A stretch of DNA of 45,498 nucleotides, taken from contig JBDTTE010000003.1 in NCBI GenBank assembly GCA_039930785.1, forward strand, positions 1 through 45,498, given 5' to 3'. This DNA is from Betaproteobacteria bacterium. GTDB taxonomy: Bacteria > Pseudomonadota > Gammaproteobacteria > Burkholderiales > JACQAP01. The position numbers and the translations under genes were made by a program. Shown here one piece after another: positions 43,540 through 45,498 of the stretch (within the stretch, counting starts at the first letter, position 1; every line of letters begins with the position of its first letter). The notes below the pieces were generated by a model that was given only the letters and a program-made list of their open reading frames with translations, did not search any database and was not told where the DNA came from.

Positions 43540-44013
43540 CTATTTCTTCGCCTTCTTGTAGAGGTCCACGGCGCGCTTCAATTCCTTGAGTTCCTCGCAG
43601 GGTATGGGCGAGCAGAGCCTCTGCAACTCGGCGAGATGCTGTTCCGCCTTCGGAAGGTTGTCGGTCATCAGGTACGCCTCGCCGATGTATTCGTGCGCGT
43701 GCTTGTTCGACGGATCGAGCTTCAGTGCTTCATCGTACTCGGCGAAGGAGTATTCGAGATTGCCGTTCTTGCGGTATGCGTATCCGAGCAGACTATGCGC
43801 ATCGGAGTTCCTGGGCGCGTTTTCGACGGCCTTCGACAGCAACGAAATGGCCTTTGTCCATTCCTGTGCCGCCAATGCTTTCTTGCCGAGTTGATAGTTC
43901 GGATCGGCGCTCTCCGTTGACTCTTCGCCCATATTCGCAACGGCACTCGTAACGATCGCGATCGCGGAGAAGGCGATCAATGCGACAGCGATCTTTTTCA
44001 GGTAGGTGTGCAT
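43540..44013 (-). CDS. Exported tetratricopeptide-repeat protein
   Basis: Signal peptide from ATG 44013, TPRs (AHSLLGYAYRK, AHEYIGEAYL), C-terminal CSPIPC. Confidence 0.85.
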   Translation of the reverse strand: MHTYLKKIAVALIAFSAIAIVTSAVANMGEESTESADPNYQLGKKALAAQEWTKAISLLSKAVENAPRNSDAHSLLGYAYRKNGNLEYSFAEYDEALKLDPSNKHAHEYIGEAYLMTDNLPKAEQHLAELQRLCSPIPCEELKELKRAVDLYKKAKK

Positions 44014-44056
44014 GAGCGCTCCATTGCGTGGCTCGGCGCGGATCGCGAACGCCCGT

Positions 44057-45498
<1,442 letters not shown>

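Overview
High-GC betaproteobacterial core-chromosome segment, almost fully coding, with no recognisable mobile element, CRISPR array, rRNA or tRNA. Gene order: purH(partial)<-fis<-dusB<-ubiH<-pepP<-murU<-amgK | lptD-surA-rsmA-> <-gloA<-rubredoxin | thiD-thiE-hemL-> <-cytochrome c4 | yihA-> <-sRNA | hemB-> <-uncharacterised nucleotidyltransferase-fold gene<-mrcA | pilMNOPQ-aroK-aroB-dgt-gltBD-hemE-priA-argS-SPOR(ftsN-like)-dsbA-dsbA2-SDR-> <-HAD<-TPR<-glmS(partial). I found no new multi-gene system. The most interesting signals are non-coding or subtle: (1) an anti-hemB/toxic-sRNA-like RNA with a consensus sigmaE-type promoter and a seed complementary to the RBS of the neighbouring cytochrome c4 gene; (2) a DnaA-box/IHF/AT-rich element between hemE and priA; (3) absence of pdxA from the lptD-surA-(pdxA)-rsmA operon; (4) tandem DsbA paralogues with non-canonical CXXC motifs; (5) a Pol-beta-fold orphan next to PBP1A. 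All calls are from motif and synteny recognition by eye; no searches were run.
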